This document shows positions 47,168-57,371 of a stretch of 64,000 nucleotides of DNA, piece by piece. The notes under the pieces are model-generated. The model saw only the letters and a program-made list of their open reading frames with translations. It ran no database searches and was not told the DNA's origin. The DNA is from an uncultured virus (IMG/VR IMGVR_UViG_3300042987_001178) (Duplodnaviria > Heunggongvirae > Uroviricota > Caudoviricetes). The stretch lies in the IMG/VR virus record IMGVR_UViG_3300042987_001178; one strand, written 5' to 3'. Made by a program: the position numbers and the translations under genes. The first letter of the stretch is position 1. Each line of letters begins with the position of its first letter.

Positions 47168-47747
47168 ATATTATTTTCCTTCCTCCCTTTTTAATTTCTT
47201 TAAAACCATTCCATATCAGATGTTCACCTATCTTGTCAATGTTATGAGTATCTATATCATCAAATACATATACACATTGCTTAGGTTTTCTATCTAAAAA
47301 GAAATTTACCTCTTTCATAACAGATTCTGTATCATGAGGTCCATCAAAGTGAACCATTTCATATTGTGTTAATAATTTTTTTTCATGATCATAAACAGGA
47401 TATCCATCTGCAAATCTTTCAAAAAATTCACTATCTTCTAAATTAATAAAATTAAACTCTGGATAATCTTTAATGATTGCAAGTAAAGCATCTTGTTTCA
47501 TTTTATTATTATAATTTAATCTTCCACCAGCATCACTATCAGATGATCTATAAAGAATATTGCCGTAAGGATCTATACCTAAATGATTTAGCTTTATACC
47601 AGAATGATATTTTCTATAAGCGTCTATAATACATTTAGTTCCCATACCAAGGCGAATGCCTATTTCAACACTTACACCAATTGGATTTTTTAATAATTTT
47701 ACAGCTTCATCAAAGAATTCATATTCTTTGCTATCTCCACTGATCAT
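47151..47747 (-). CDS. Class I SAM-dependent methyltransferase
   Basis: VEIG...G.G, GIDPY, HFDGPH, VFDD. Confidence 0.75.
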   Translation of the reverse strand: MISGDSKEYEFFDEAVKLLKNPIGVSVEIGIRLGMGTKCIIDAYRKYHSGIKLNHLGIDPYGNILYRSSDSDAGGRLNYNNKMKQDALLAIIKDYPEFNFINLEDSEFFERFADGYPVYDHEKKLLTQYEMVHFDGPHDTESVMKEVNFFLDRKPKQCVYVFDDIDTHNIDKIGEHLIWNGFKEIKKGGRKIIFAYES

Positions 47748-47917
47748 GATTTACTAAACATTGGAATAGTCGGAACTATAATTTTAACATCACGTTTAAT
47801 ATCTTCAGGTTTAGCATTAACATCTGCTTTAACCTCTTCTTCATTTTTATAGACGTGTCCTGTCTTTATATTCTTAATTGTGATTTCTGAATCACAAATT
47901 ATTTTTATTTCTTTCAT
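47744..47917 (-). CDS. 57-aa hypothetical protein (not in ORF track)
   Basis: MKEIKIICDSEITIKNIKTGHVYKNEEE...; coupled at both ends. Confidence 0.55.
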   Translation of the reverse strand: MKEIKIICDSEITIKNIKTGHVYKNEEEVKADVNAKPEDIKRDVKIIVPTIPMFSKS

Positions 47918-48252
47918 TATGTCGTTAATGATCCTCGGTTCACTTCTAATATAGACACAACTCCTGTTACAGCTGTGCTAGCAGCAGAAATTAATAAAGC
48001 ATCTCCTTCTTCTAAAATAATAGGTCCTTTTGCAACATTTTCTGTAGAATTAGAACCTAAACTAATATGAGCTATTTCTGTAGTAGTTGTTGCAGAAGAA
48101 TCATAAATAAAAACTTCTACTGTATGACTACCTGATTGATTAGTTAATTGAATAGTTTGAATAACTGCTCTTGCCGTAGCGTTACAAGTATAGACAGTCG
48201 TATTAGCTGTTGTTGTCGGAATATAGGTTGCGTTTTTATATACGTTAGACAT
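47917..48252 (-). CDS. Putative tail structural protein
   Basis: TVYTC...LEEGDAL beta-rich pattern. Confidence 0.55.
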   Translation of the reverse strand: MSNVYKNATYIPTTTANTTVYTCNATARAVIQTIQLTNQSGSHTVEVFIYDSSATTTTEIAHISLGSNSTENVAKGPIILEEGDALLISAASTAVTGVVSILEVNRGSLTT

Positions 48253-48258
48253 TATCCT

Positions 48259-48432
48259 TTATACTCTAATAAAATACCAAGCTTCAGCTTCATTAGCATC
48301 TTGTACATCTTGTGTAAAGGTATTATTTAACTGAAGAACCATCTGTTCTAGTGTTCTAATAATCTGGTCCATTTGTTGTTGATTATATTGTGGAGTAGCG
48401 TTTGCTAATCTGGGTTGATCTAGTTTAGCCAT
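48259..48432 (-). CDS. 57-aa hypothetical virion protein (not in ORF track)
   Basis: MAKLDQPRLANATPQYNQQQMDQIIRTLEQ...; start overlaps the upstream stop. Confidence 0.55.
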   Translation of the reverse strand: MAKLDQPRLANATPQYNQQQMDQIIRTLEQMVLQLNNTFTQDVQDANEAEAWYFIRV

Positions 48433-50285
48433 TATCTCTTACCATCCAATTGTCCATCTACACGAAGTGTTCCAAATCTCCATGTACTATCTACATCTGA
48501 ACTTATAATCTTAACTGCTGCTTGTCTACCACGAGCTCTAAAATCTACTTTAGTTGTTGTAGAATAAACCACCGTGCTTGATGCAACTGTTTGAACTGAT
48601 CCAGGATATTGTCTTACTAGGAATTGTACATTAAGTGGTCCACTTTGATTTTTAAAATCAGGTATGTATCGTTTCATAAATAGATTATCATCTCCATCTA
48701 CAATATCTATATCTCCTGAAGTAATATAAGCTGTAATCGGACTCGTATCATCATTAGTTCCTTTTTCTTGATCATATAAAGTAGATACACCACTTGTTAA
48801 TCCAATAACGGTTGGTTGTGCAAGCGTTGTAGAATTTGGCATATATTTAGTAGCTAATGGATTTGCAAATACGTCTTTAGAAGCCCATGTAGTTCTAGCT
48901 AAAGTTCCAATGGTCCATACTCTTTCAAGATAATTATAAGTTACTACTTTATCTATTAATGTTGAATCACCTGAAGCATAGAACCAATTCACTTCTGAAA
49001 ACTCAAGATTAACTCCTGCATAAATTGTAGAGTGTTCATCTGGATTAACATCCTGGAATACATAATCTTGTACTGAACATGGTATTTCTTTAACAACCCC
49101 GTCAAACAGATAGAATGCACCATCTGACATCCAATAAACAACGTTCTCCGCTTCTACCGCTGAATGTATTCCTAAAGCTCCACAGTTTGTACCAATTTGT
49201 TTAAATGAAAATGTATAAGGAGGTCCTACGAACTGCATAGAATGAGCAGACGTATTTGTTAATATTAATATATCTCCTCTTGTCGGAACTGCAGTTACAA
49301 TCTGGTTACCAGAAGATAATCTTTGAAATCCTGCTGTATTCGTTGCATTAGGTGTAAAGTCAGTTAATGATTCTTGCGATCCAAATAACACAGACATTGG
49401 ATCATAAGTTGTAGTTGTTCCAGGTGTTGTTTGTGTACCAAAGAAAATAACATGTCTATCTCTTGGTGATACCGTCATATAATTAGCTTGTGTTGGAGCA
49501 TTGGATAATAATGTAGCTCTAGTATTTCTTGCTGGTAAAAATGCTGATGTATCAAAGTAATAAGTTTTACCACCAACAATTGTTGCTAACACATCTTCAC
49601 CAAAGTTATCTATTTTCCATATTCTTGGATTTGCTGTAATAACTCCTGATGGTCTTGGTGTATTCCAAGTAGAAAATCCCCATGCACCGGCTCCCCATCC
49701 ATTACCAATAGTTGTAATATCTGCACCTATATTTATTTGAAATGCTGCACCCGATGCTGATCCTGATGTTGTAACCACACCTGGTGTTGCAATAGATCCA
49801 ACATCAATTGTGAATGTATTTGCTGTTTTAATTTCTTGAATCTCAAATTCTTGAGCCATATTAGTATTAGTAATATTTACAACACTAACTCCTGTAACTC
49901 CTGAAAATGTAACAAAGTCTCCTGCTATCGCTCCATTAGAAGTTGCTGTAACATCCACGATCGTCGTTCCGGAAGTAAAGGAAAACACAGCGGGGATCGT
50001 TGTTGATAAAGGTGTAATGTCGTAAAAGTTATTATCGTAATATAGATATAATTTTCTATCAGTTCCAATGGCAGCTAATGAATCTCCTGCTAAATCTGTA
50101 TAAGTGTGAATGTCTCTTGCAACACCTATTAAGTTATTACCAACTGCTGGTTCCCATCCACCTATTTTTTCAGGAACACCATACCTAAAACGCACCATAT
50201 CACAATCAACCCAACCGCCTTCTGCGCCGTATTGAGTGTTTTGTTTATCTATTCCTGGTCTAAATTGTAACTTACTTATTGGCAT
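48432..50285 (-). CDS. Tail stabilisation/nozzle protein (P22 gp10/tubular-B-like)
   Basis: 617 aa beta-propeller-like; F.PGI..., VRFRYG.PEKIGGW, WRFGTLRVD...DG.R. Confidence 0.6.
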   Translation of the reverse strand: MPISKLQFRPGIDKQNTQYGAEGGWVDCDMVRFRYGVPEKIGGWEPAVGNNLIGVARDIHTYTDLAGDSLAAIGTDRKLYLYYDNNFYDITPLSTTIPAVFSFTSGTTIVDVTATSNGAIAGDFVTFSGVTGVSVVNITNTNMAQEFEIQEIKTANTFTIDVGSIATPGVVTTSGSASGAAFQINIGADITTIGNGWGAGAWGFSTWNTPRPSGVITANPRIWKIDNFGEDVLATIVGGKTYYFDTSAFLPARNTRATLLSNAPTQANYMTVSPRDRHVIFFGTQTTPGTTTTYDPMSVLFGSQESLTDFTPNATNTAGFQRLSSGNQIVTAVPTRGDILILTNTSAHSMQFVGPPYTFSFKQIGTNCGALGIHSAVEAENVVYWMSDGAFYLFDGVVKEIPCSVQDYVFQDVNPDEHSTIYAGVNLEFSEVNWFYASGDSTLIDKVVTYNYLERVWTIGTLARTTWASKDVFANPLATKYMPNSTTLAQPTVIGLTSGVSTLYDQEKGTNDDTSPITAYITSGDIDIVDGDDNLFMKRYIPDFKNQSGPLNVQFLVRQYPGSVQTVASSTVVYSTTTKVDFRARGRQAAVKIISSDVDSTWRFGTLRVDGQLDGKR

Positions 50286-50316
50286 AAGACATCCTTATAC
50301 CACCAAATATGTTGAT

Positions 50317-50985
50317 TTACACTACTTTAGTGAATGGTGGTAATCCTAATAGAGGTCTTTTATCATATAAATTGGATTGTGCAAACTGTCCATTTACATG
50401 GTTATAATGCAAGAAAACTTGCGCACAAATATTACCAGTAAACTCTTCTCTCCAATGTTCTAATTCACAACCAGAATAAACTAACATATCACCTGGTTCT
50501 AAATCTACTTTAATGCCTTTTGGAGCATTAGGTTTCATTATGTTTTTATATTCATCTATTACGTTATTACTTCCTGTTGGATCAATAAATATTGGCCAAG
50601 CATCTCCACCAAGGTTTAATGTTGTAGATATCTCACAAGATGGTCTGTCTTTATGTCTTTTTAAAATAGAACCTTTCTCATAAACGCGCGCGTACGAGTA
50701 TGTAGGAATTAAATCTAAATTAGTTTGTTGTTTCATTATAGGCATAACCTTCATTAATAATGTTTCCATAACAAAATCAGCATAATGGGAATATACATTT
50801 GGAACTTGTTGATCCTTCCAAGTACCTAACATCCCGTTCTCCGCTACTATATTATTTGAATATAGATAATTAACTGCCTCTCTTTTAAGTAGGAAATAGT
50901 TAAATATAAAATTAGCAAGTTCATATGGAATTGCTTTTTTAATTACTTGGTATTTATTCTGTTGAAAACTCATGTGATCATACAA
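50317..50985 (-). CDS. 2OG-Fe(II) oxygenase
   Basis: HKD...LEPGD...HWR. Confidence 0.8.
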   Translation of the reverse strand: MYDHMSFQQNKYQVIKKAIPYELANFIFNYFLLKREAVNYLYSNNIVAENGMLGTWKDQQVPNVYSHYADFVMETLLMKVMPIMKQQTNLDLIPTYSYARVYEKGSILKRHKDRPSCEISTTLNLGGDAWPIFIDPTGSNNVIDEYKNIMKPNAPKGIKVDLEPGDMLVYSGCELEHWREEFTGNICAQVFLHYNHVNGQFAQSNLYDKRPLLGLPPFTKVV

Positions 50986-51563
50986 CGTTGCATGAAATTA
51001 AAACTCACTGAAATTCTAATATCATTAGATTGATTTGGATCTACACAGTGATTCAGCCAGCTTGGAAACATAATTAATCTTCCTGCAACTGGTTCAAAAT
51101 GAACTTCTCTCCATAAATAAGATTCTAATGGTCCCTCTTTTCTTCTTGGCATAGACATTAAAGCTACTGACTTTGGATCTTCTACTTTTAAATGTCCACA
51201 ATTTTGTGGAGTCTTAACATAATAAACTCCAGACCATAATGAATTAGGATGCATGTGCGGTCTATTATATCCACCTGGTGGATTAATGTTTGCCCACATA
51301 TTACCCAAAAATGGTTCTGAATCTAAATTTTGATCTTTGTAAATATGAAACTGTGCTTGGAATAATAAATCTACGAGTTCTTTATATTCTGGTTTTGTAT
51401 GCATATCATCTGTTGAATGCCAACCGTTCATGTTGGTTCTTGTCAAACCTCTATCTTGATTAGACCAATTAATAATGTTCTGTTCTAGACGTGCATTAAA
51501 TTCTTGTGATCCAACATCTTTAACATAGATTGGTGTTGCAAAATATAATTCTCTATTCATCAT
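50970..51563 (-). CDS. 2OG-Fe(II) oxygenase (TIGR02466-like)
   Basis: HMHPNS.WSGVYY...FPSWLNHCV...RISVSFN. Confidence 0.85.
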   Translation of the reverse strand: MMNRELYFATPIYVKDVGSQEFNARLEQNIINWSNQDRGLTRTNMNGWHSTDDMHTKPEYKELVDLLFQAQFHIYKDQNLDSEPFLGNMWANINPPGGYNRPHMHPNSLWSGVYYVKTPQNCGHLKVEDPKSVALMSMPRRKEGPLESYLWREVHFEPVAGRLIMFPSWLNHCVDPNQSNDIRISVSFNFMQRCMIT

Positions 51564-52138
51564 TTAAATGGAGTTCCTCCAACCCAAAGTACTAAAGACT
51601 TTCTATTTCCTTTTGTAATTGGAACTACTCTATGTCTAATAAATGATGCAAAGAATATAGCTTGTCCTTGTTTAGGTCTTGCAATCTTTCCATCTGACAT
51701 TAATTCTAATCCACCACCTTCAAATTCTGATTCATGTGATAATAAACAAGTCATAGATATTTTTCTAACCGGGGGTTCATTTGCACAATTAACATCTGAA
51801 TCTATATGCCAATCATAAAATCCACCTTCTGGGTACTCTGTATACTGTGCCGGTTCCGAAATTTGTAATCCTTCAAATCCAAAATGATTTCTATTAGTTT
51901 GATGTATTACTCTTTCTAATGTTGCATACATTTCTGGCATTTTGCTAAATGGAATCCAGCTAATGTGAGATGTTCTAGTTTTAGTATCTACAGTTCCTTT
52001 TGCACCGCCACCTACTTCTCCCATTTGAACTGGTTCAGATCTTCCTGCGTTTATAATTAATTGACACTGTTCTGGTGTAAATAGTGGAGTTGTTGTTTCA
52101 ACTATTAAACTTTTCCATTTTGGTTCCGTGTGGATCAT
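51560..52138 (-). CDS. 2OG-Fe(II) oxygenase (PKHD/prolyl-hydroxylase-like)
   Basis: YDWHID...RKIS...FEGG.L...HRV.P...RKSLV.W. Confidence 0.88.
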   Translation of the reverse strand: MIHTEPKWKSLIVETTTPLFTPEQCQLIINAGRSEPVQMGEVGGGAKGTVDTKTRTSHISWIPFSKMPEMYATLERVIHQTNRNHFGFEGLQISEPAQYTEYPEGGFYDWHIDSDVNCANEPPVRKISMTCLLSHESEFEGGGLELMSDGKIARPKQGQAIFFASFIRHRVVPITKGNRKSLVLWVGGTPFK

Positions 52139-52785
52139 TGTGCTCCTCTGTTAATTATTGGGTTATATAATACATCGCAGTTAGCTGCTAATGTTCTTCT
52201 TGTTTCTTGCGTGCCGTTGAATGGATAGACACAGTGTCTCATATCATATGGAAATATATAAAAGTCTCTTAATTTCATTGGTGGTTCATAATCTACTTTT
52301 GCAAACTGTCCATTAGAAGCTCCTAGTATCTGTAATTTACCATTTTGTGGGGATTCTGATGCAGAATATTCTACACCATAAGTAGAAGGAAGTTTTAAAA
52401 TCATTACTGAAGACAGTCCAGTGAAGATATTTCCGCTATGTATGTGAACGGGGTTAAATTCGTGAGCACGCATTTCGTTCACCCAAATTGAATTTAAGTG
52501 AGTTTGATAATTTCTAATATGATTAAATTCTAAATAATGATGAAACATAGACATAAACCAATCAAGAACATTTTTAGGCAACATATTATGGCGTCGCATT
52601 TTTGACTCATCTTCCCCGTCATAAAATAGAGAATGTTCGTCTTTAATCTTACCTACAAGTTGTTTATTAGCTGGTTCTAATTGATTAAATTTTTGTTCAT
52701 ATGTTTGATTAACTGCATGAAATATATCTAATGGTGTTTCATAACGTAAAATAGATTGTCCTAAAAATGTGAAGTTAAAGTTCAT
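52135..52785 (-). CDS. 2OG-Fe(II) oxygenase
   Basis: WVN...NPVHIH...FP...HCVYPF...RRT. Confidence 0.8.
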   Translation of the reverse strand: MNFNFTFLGQSILRYETPLDIFHAVNQTYEQKFNQLEPANKQLVGKIKDEHSLFYDGEDESKMRRHNMLPKNVLDWFMSMFHHYLEFNHIRNYQTHLNSIWVNEMRAHEFNPVHIHSGNIFTGLSSVMILKLPSTYGVEYSASESPQNGKLQILGASNGQFAKVDYEPPMKLRDFYIFPYDMRHCVYPFNGTQETRRTLAANCDVLYNPIINRGAQ

Positions 52786-53129
52786 AGTCCCATCTCTTTT
52801 CTAATTTTAGTAGCCGATATTTCTTGTATTTCTTTTGGTAATACAATCTCTTCTATTTTGTAACCAACATCTCTACCATAACATATATTGGTAATGTTAG
52901 GTACTTTTACAACATCAAATTGATCTGCGTAATCTTTAAGCTTTTCTTCAATTCTTTTCTTTATATCTTCAAATTCAAATGGATTATTATTTGTTTGTGG
53001 CATTGTTCTAACCATTATACAAACTTGACCAGTCTTCTTTAATATCTCTTTAAATAAAGCTAAATGTCCATCATGGAATGGTTGCCATCTTCCAAGCATT
53101 TGTGCTGTTGGTTTAGAGTAATCTATCAT
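52782..53129 (-). CDS. HIGH-superfamily nucleotidyltransferase
   Basis: GRWQPFHDGH and ISATKIR. Confidence 0.8.
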   Translation of the reverse strand: MIDYSKPTAQMLGRWQPFHDGHLALFKEILKKTGQVCIMVRTMPQTNNNPFEFEDIKKRIEEKLKDYADQFDVVKVPNITNICYGRDVGYKIEEIVLPKEIQEISATKIRKEMGL

Positions 53130-53502
53130 GTATCTCCTTTATTATGTTATCATAATTAAAATCAGTTATTTCAAAATCTACTTTTTTAGGTTTTTCAAAT
53201 ACTTTATTAGTATCTTCAAATCTTCCTTTATTAATTGTATTCATCCAAATCTTCATATCATAGAAAGATCTATAAGATTCAAATGGACAAACAAAGTCTA
53301 CAACGACGTGGTTGACTGCAAGATCACACATCGTCATCATTCTATTTGCTTGTCGTCTTCTACCTAAATCTGTAAAATCCCAATCTTCAAATAGCTTTCT
53401 AATATCATCTGCATTAAAGTGAGGTATCTTTTTATTTTCAACTAATTTTTTAGCAAAGGTAGTTTTGCCAGATCCTGGTAATCCAAATATTAATATCTTC
53501 AT
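53113..53502 (-). CDS. Adenylyl-sulfate kinase-like P-loop kinase
   Basis: GLPGSGKTT, NADDIR, F...GR.RQ..R, FEKP. Confidence 0.7.
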   Translation of the reverse strand: MKILIFGLPGSGKTTFAKKLVENKKIPHFNADDIRKLFEDWDFTDLGRRRQANRMMTMCDLAVNHVVVDFVCPFESYRSFYDMKIWMNTINKGRFEDTNKVFEKPKKVDFEITDFNYDNIIKEIHDRLL

Positions 53503-53711
53503 CTTATTTCTGCTTTCCCTTCTATCATTGTTAATTTACCAATACAACAAATATTCCATTTTTGTATTCCACCTTCAAAAGTGCATTCATCAAATACAGG
53601 AACTTTTATATTTAAATGTCTCGCTAAAGTTTCTTTACCATTCTCAAAAATTCTCCAAACTAAATCACTCTCACCATGTTTAGTGTTGTATCTAATATGA
53701 TACTTGTTCAT
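53499..53711 (-). CDS. Hypothetical protein
   Basis: 70 aa; ATGA-coupled on both sides. Confidence 0.6.
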   Translation of the reverse strand: MNKYHIRYNTKHGESDLVWRIFENGKETLARHLNIKVPVFDECTFEGGIQKWNICCIGKLTMIEGKAEIR

Positions 53712-54529
53712 AATACAATATGTCCATACGCACGTACGATACTTTCAGGTATCATTGCACGGTAAGGATTTGCTTCCTTTCTAATCTCTTCTCTAATAGT
53801 ATGCATTCTATTTCCAACAACTTTATCGTCATAAGACATACCATTAACTTTAAATTGATTCAAGCTTTTTAAATTATGATTAAATCTAGGTATTTCTAAA
53901 AAATCATATATTTTATTTATTTGGTTTTCTGTATCATTTACAAGTTCATCATATTTAAGAAAATGACACATATGTTTATTTTCTGGTCTTAATGCATTTT
54001 GAATTGCAATAAGATCTTTAGCAATTGCACCATCAATGTTCATTAGCATAAAAAGCTTTTCTTCTATTGTTTTCTTTCCATATTTATTAGGAAATGCGGA
54101 AGGTTCTGTTTCAAACCATTTAACATAAGATGCAAGAACATCTAATAAATCTCTCCAAATAACGATACATTTAATTGGTTGACCTAGGTGTTGTTTCATT
54201 AACATTAGATTTCCTGGTGTCATTACAGGACCTCTATCTATGATATACTTATAATTCCAATCTTTATAATAAGAATTGTAGACTGTTGATAATACGTTAT
54301 CTAATGATTTATGATCTGGATAGTTTTGAAATACGTCAGTTTCTTTAAGAAGATAAATATCTTTCATTATTTCTAATGTAATAGAATTAGCAGTCACTGC
54401 TATATCTGGATTTTGGTTCATAATAGAACCAAATAATGTATTACCGGATCTTGGTAGCGCTAATAAAAAGAATATCTTTTTATGAGGATTGCTTACCAAA
54501 TGGTAATTGTTCTTTCTTATCATTTCCAA
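53708..54529 (-). CDS. Sulfotransferase
   Basis: LPRSGNTL (5'-PSB), RD..DVLAS (3'-PB), YDELV...IYDFLEI. Confidence 0.8.
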   Translation of the reverse strand: MEMIRKNNYHLVSNPHKKIFFLLALPRSGNTLFGSIMNQNPDIAVTANSITLEIMKDIYLLKETDVFQNYPDHKSLDNVLSTVYNSYYKDWNYKYIIDRGPVMTPGNLMLMKQHLGQPIKCIVIWRDLLDVLASYVKWFETEPSAFPNKYGKKTIEEKLFMLMNIDGAIAKDLIAIQNALRPENKHMCHFLKYDELVNDTENQINKIYDFLEIPRFNHNLKSLNQFKVNGMSYDDKVVGNRMHTIREEIRKEANPYRAMIPESIVRAYGHIVL

Positions 54530-55154
54530 GTTGTTTCTCTTTCTTTATTCTGTCTATTGTATCTACTTGTGAAAGTACATTGAATACTTCAGCTTGTGAA
54601 GATCCTGGTGTAATTGAATTCTTTTTATGTTCCATGATTTGAGCTAAAGATTCAAATTGATGCGTATTAACATTTTTAGTGTCAAATGAACCATCATCAT
54701 ATTCAGCTTTAAATTTAGACCATAGTTTAATTTCTCGCAGACGATCTTTTGCAACAAGTTCCATATTTGCTTTACCATAAATCTTTTCATCTAAATCTAT
54801 TTGATAAAGTTCTCGTTTATATTCATCTGTTTCTGTTTCTAATTTCTTTTGTAACCATTTAATCTTTGCTTCATTACGTCTGTAATCAAAAGATAAAGAC
54901 ATTAAATTTTCAAGAAATACGTTTTGTTCTCTAACACATTGCCAATATTTAGAAGCTCGTGTTGGATAACGACCATCATCTAAAACAGCAACTTTCATTT
55001 CTGTTTCAGTTCTGAATATTTGTTTTTTAGTCCAAGTATCACGAAGTTCTTCAACCATTGATTTAAATGATTTTAAATCTTCAGTTTCAAGTAAGTTATT
55101 TAAATGAACTTCTTCTTGTTGTATTAAGCTCTTAATATTTCTCTTCTCTGTCAT
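54480..55154 (-). CDS. Conserved phage coiled-coil protein
   Basis: SKYWQCVREQ...DRLREIKLW; follows the fibre genes. Confidence 0.65.
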   Translation of the reverse strand: MTEKRNIKSLIQQEEVHLNNLLETEDLKSFKSMVEELRDTWTKKQIFRTETEMKVAVLDDGRYPTRASKYWQCVREQNVFLENLMSLSFDYRRNEAKIKWLQKKLETETDEYKRELYQIDLDEKIYGKANMELVAKDRLREIKLWSKFKAEYDDGSFDTKNVNTHQFESLAQIMEHKKNSITPGSSQAEVFNVLSQVDTIDRIKKEKQLGNDKKEQLPFGKQSS

Positions 55155-55175
55155 TAGAGATGATATAAGCTTTTA

Positions 55176-57017
55176 TTATGATGTTGTCAAGGTTTTGGAA
55201 TTAGCTGTTGCTACTTCGCCTGTCCATCTTTCTGTTGCTGATGAATTTGCAGCACCTGTAAATCCACCTGCTGCTAAACCTGCTGTTTGAATACCTGATC
55301 CACCAGCAGTGCTTCTTGCTGTTGCCATAGATGGTAAATTTGTCCAAACGGATCCATTCCAAGATTCTGTTGCTCCTGTAATTGCGGTAGATGTTTCTCC
55401 ACCAGCAGCAATAGCTGCTGTTTGTGTACCTATTGCACATACAGCATATCTAGCAGTTCCTAAACTATTTACTGCAGTCCAAGCAGAACCATTCCAAGAC
55501 TCTGTTGCTCCACTAATAGATCCATTATACCTTGAAATAGCTAAAGCAGCAGTTTGAGTTCCTGTTCCACTTACATATCCACTTGTTCCTAAACTAGCAG
55601 GATTTGTTGTCCAAGTTGATCCATTAAAAGATTCTGTTGATCCATAATATGTAGCTGGAATATTAAAACCACCAAAAGCTAAAGTGGCTGTTTGTAATCC
55701 TGCTGATCCTAAATTTCTTCTCGCTGTATTTAATCCTGTTGGATTAGAAGTCCAAGCTGTACCATTCCATAATTCTGTTGCTGCTGAACTTGCATTAGGA
55801 GGATTAATTGCACCACCAAATGCTACGGATGAAGTTTGGGTTCCAGCTCCACCAAGTCTTCTTCTTGCAGTATTCATGGAATTAACTGAAGTCCATGAAG
55901 ATCCATTATAAGATTCTGTTGCTGATATATCTACTGTTGTAAATCCACCAAAAATTAATGAAGCAGTTTGAGTTCCTGATCCAGCTCCAGCTCCTTGTCG
56001 TCTCGCCGTATTTAGATTCCCGCCGCTCGCCCAGGCAGCTGCGCTGTAAGAATAGACACCGAAGTTCCATTCATCTGTTATTGATGATGCGGCAGTAGTA
56101 TAACCACCAGCTACAAAACCAGCTGTTTGAGTTCCAGTTGTTCCAATTGTTCTATATCCACCTGCTGTTGGTGTAGCAGTTGTAGCTGTCCAACTAGTTC
56201 CATTCCAAGATTCTGTAGATGTAACATATCCTGTTACTATAGATCCATTTGCTGCTATTGCTGCTGTTTGAATTCCAAAACCTGCTAAAGAATCTCTAGC
56301 TTGATTCATTGAATTTACTGAAGTCCATGAAGTACCATTATAAGATTCTGTTGCTGCTGAATAAGGTGGTGATGCAGGTGAGTTTCCGCCAAAAGCTAAT
56401 GCAGAGGTATTAGAAGCTCCTGCTCCAGCTAAATATCCTCTTGCTGTGTTTAAACTTGGTGTGTTAGTCCAACTTGTACCATTATAAGATTCAGATGATG
56501 ATATAGATCCGTGACCTCCAAAAGCTAAAGCTGATGTTTGTATACCAGCATTACCTCTATATCTTGTAGAAGCACTAGTTGTATTTCCTGTTGTCCAAGA
56601 TGTTCCATTCCATTTTTCTGTAGCATTAGAACTTGTTCCTGGAATATCTAATCTTCCATCAACAGCAAGTCCAGCTGTTTGAGTTCCAATACCTCCAACT
56701 CTACTTCTAGCAGTATTCATACTATTAACTGCTGTCCAAGCTATTCCATTATATGCTTCTGTTGTTGTAACTGGTGATCCTGGTTGTGTTGATCCACCTA
56801 AAACTAGACCAGCTGTTTGAGTTCCTAATCCACCAAGACCATATCTTGCTGTTCCTAAATTTCCTCCCGCTGACCAAGTGCCAGTAGGAAGCCATGACTT
56901 TAATGTAGCCGTGGTTGAGTTATACCACACCTGTCCATCTGAATTAGAATCAACGTACGTTGGGTCGGATGATAAAAAGTTGACTCGTCTTCCCGCTATT
57001 TCATTATAAGTAGTCAT
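55176..57017 (-). CDS. Kelch-like repeat tail fibre/receptor-binding protein (double propeller)
   Basis: Repeats of about 45 aa (NTAR..L.G.GTQTA.LAFGG...ATESWNG.SWT); N-term SSDP...GQVWYNST. Confidence 0.7.
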   Translation of the reverse strand: MTTYNEIAGRRVNFLSSDPTYVDSNSDGQVWYNSTTATLKSWLPTGTWSAGGNLGTARYGLGGLGTQTAGLVLGGSTQPGSPVTTTEAYNGIAWTAVNSMNTARSRVGGIGTQTAGLAVDGRLDIPGTSSNATEKWNGTSWTTGNTTSASTRYRGNAGIQTSALAFGGHGSISSSESYNGTSWTNTPSLNTARGYLAGAGASNTSALAFGGNSPASPPYSAATESYNGTSWTSVNSMNQARDSLAGFGIQTAAIAANGSIVTGYVTSTESWNGTSWTATTATPTAGGYRTIGTTGTQTAGFVAGGYTTAASSITDEWNFGVYSYSAAAWASGGNLNTARRQGAGAGSGTQTASLIFGGFTTVDISATESYNGSSWTSVNSMNTARRRLGGAGTQTSSVAFGGAINPPNASSAATELWNGTAWTSNPTGLNTARRNLGSAGLQTATLAFGGFNIPATYYGSTESFNGSTWTTNPASLGTSGYVSGTGTQTAALAISRYNGSISGATESWNGSAWTAVNSLGTARYAVCAIGTQTAAIAAGGETSTAITGATESWNGSVWTNLPSMATARSTAGGSGIQTAGLAAGGFTGAANSSATERWTGEVATANSKTLTTS

Positions 57018-57031
57018 CTAAAGTGAACTCC

Positions 57032-57322
57032 TTATGGTAAGTTTATAGCAGTAGGTCTTTGTCTATTTAAATTTGTTTTTTGGTCTTCTGGTAATGCATC
57101 ATAAGCGGCTTGAGCTTTTGCAACTTCACCGTCAACAATTGCTTGTGCTTCGGCTTTAGTTTTTTCAACTCCTCTTTCAGCCAACCATAGAGCTCCTTTT
57201 TCAGTTGCGCCAATTACCCAAACATCGCCTGGATAACCACGTAAGAAAAAGTTCTGTCTATCTTGCGCTGTAAAGAAATCTTTACCGTAATTAGATGCTA
57301 CACCGTATATAAAAAGTGCCAT
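57032..57322 (-). CDS. Hypothetical protein between fibre genes (possible chaperone)
   Basis: 96 aa; AAGGAG RBS. Confidence 0.55.
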   Translation of the reverse strand: MALFIYGVASNYGKDFFTAQDRQNFFLRGYPGDVWVIGATEKGALWLAERGVEKTKAEAQAIVDGEVAKAQAAYDALPEDQKTNLNRQRPTAINLP

Positions 57323-57371
57323 ATTTTGCTCCTTGGTTAGTTATTATAAGTCAATTTATCCATAATGTAAA

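Noticed and set aside
4683..54642. Short plus-strand ORFs antisense to MCP, scaffold, groES, terL, polA, primase, speD and others
   Set aside because: They lie largely within well-supported minus-strand genes and have no recognisable motifs
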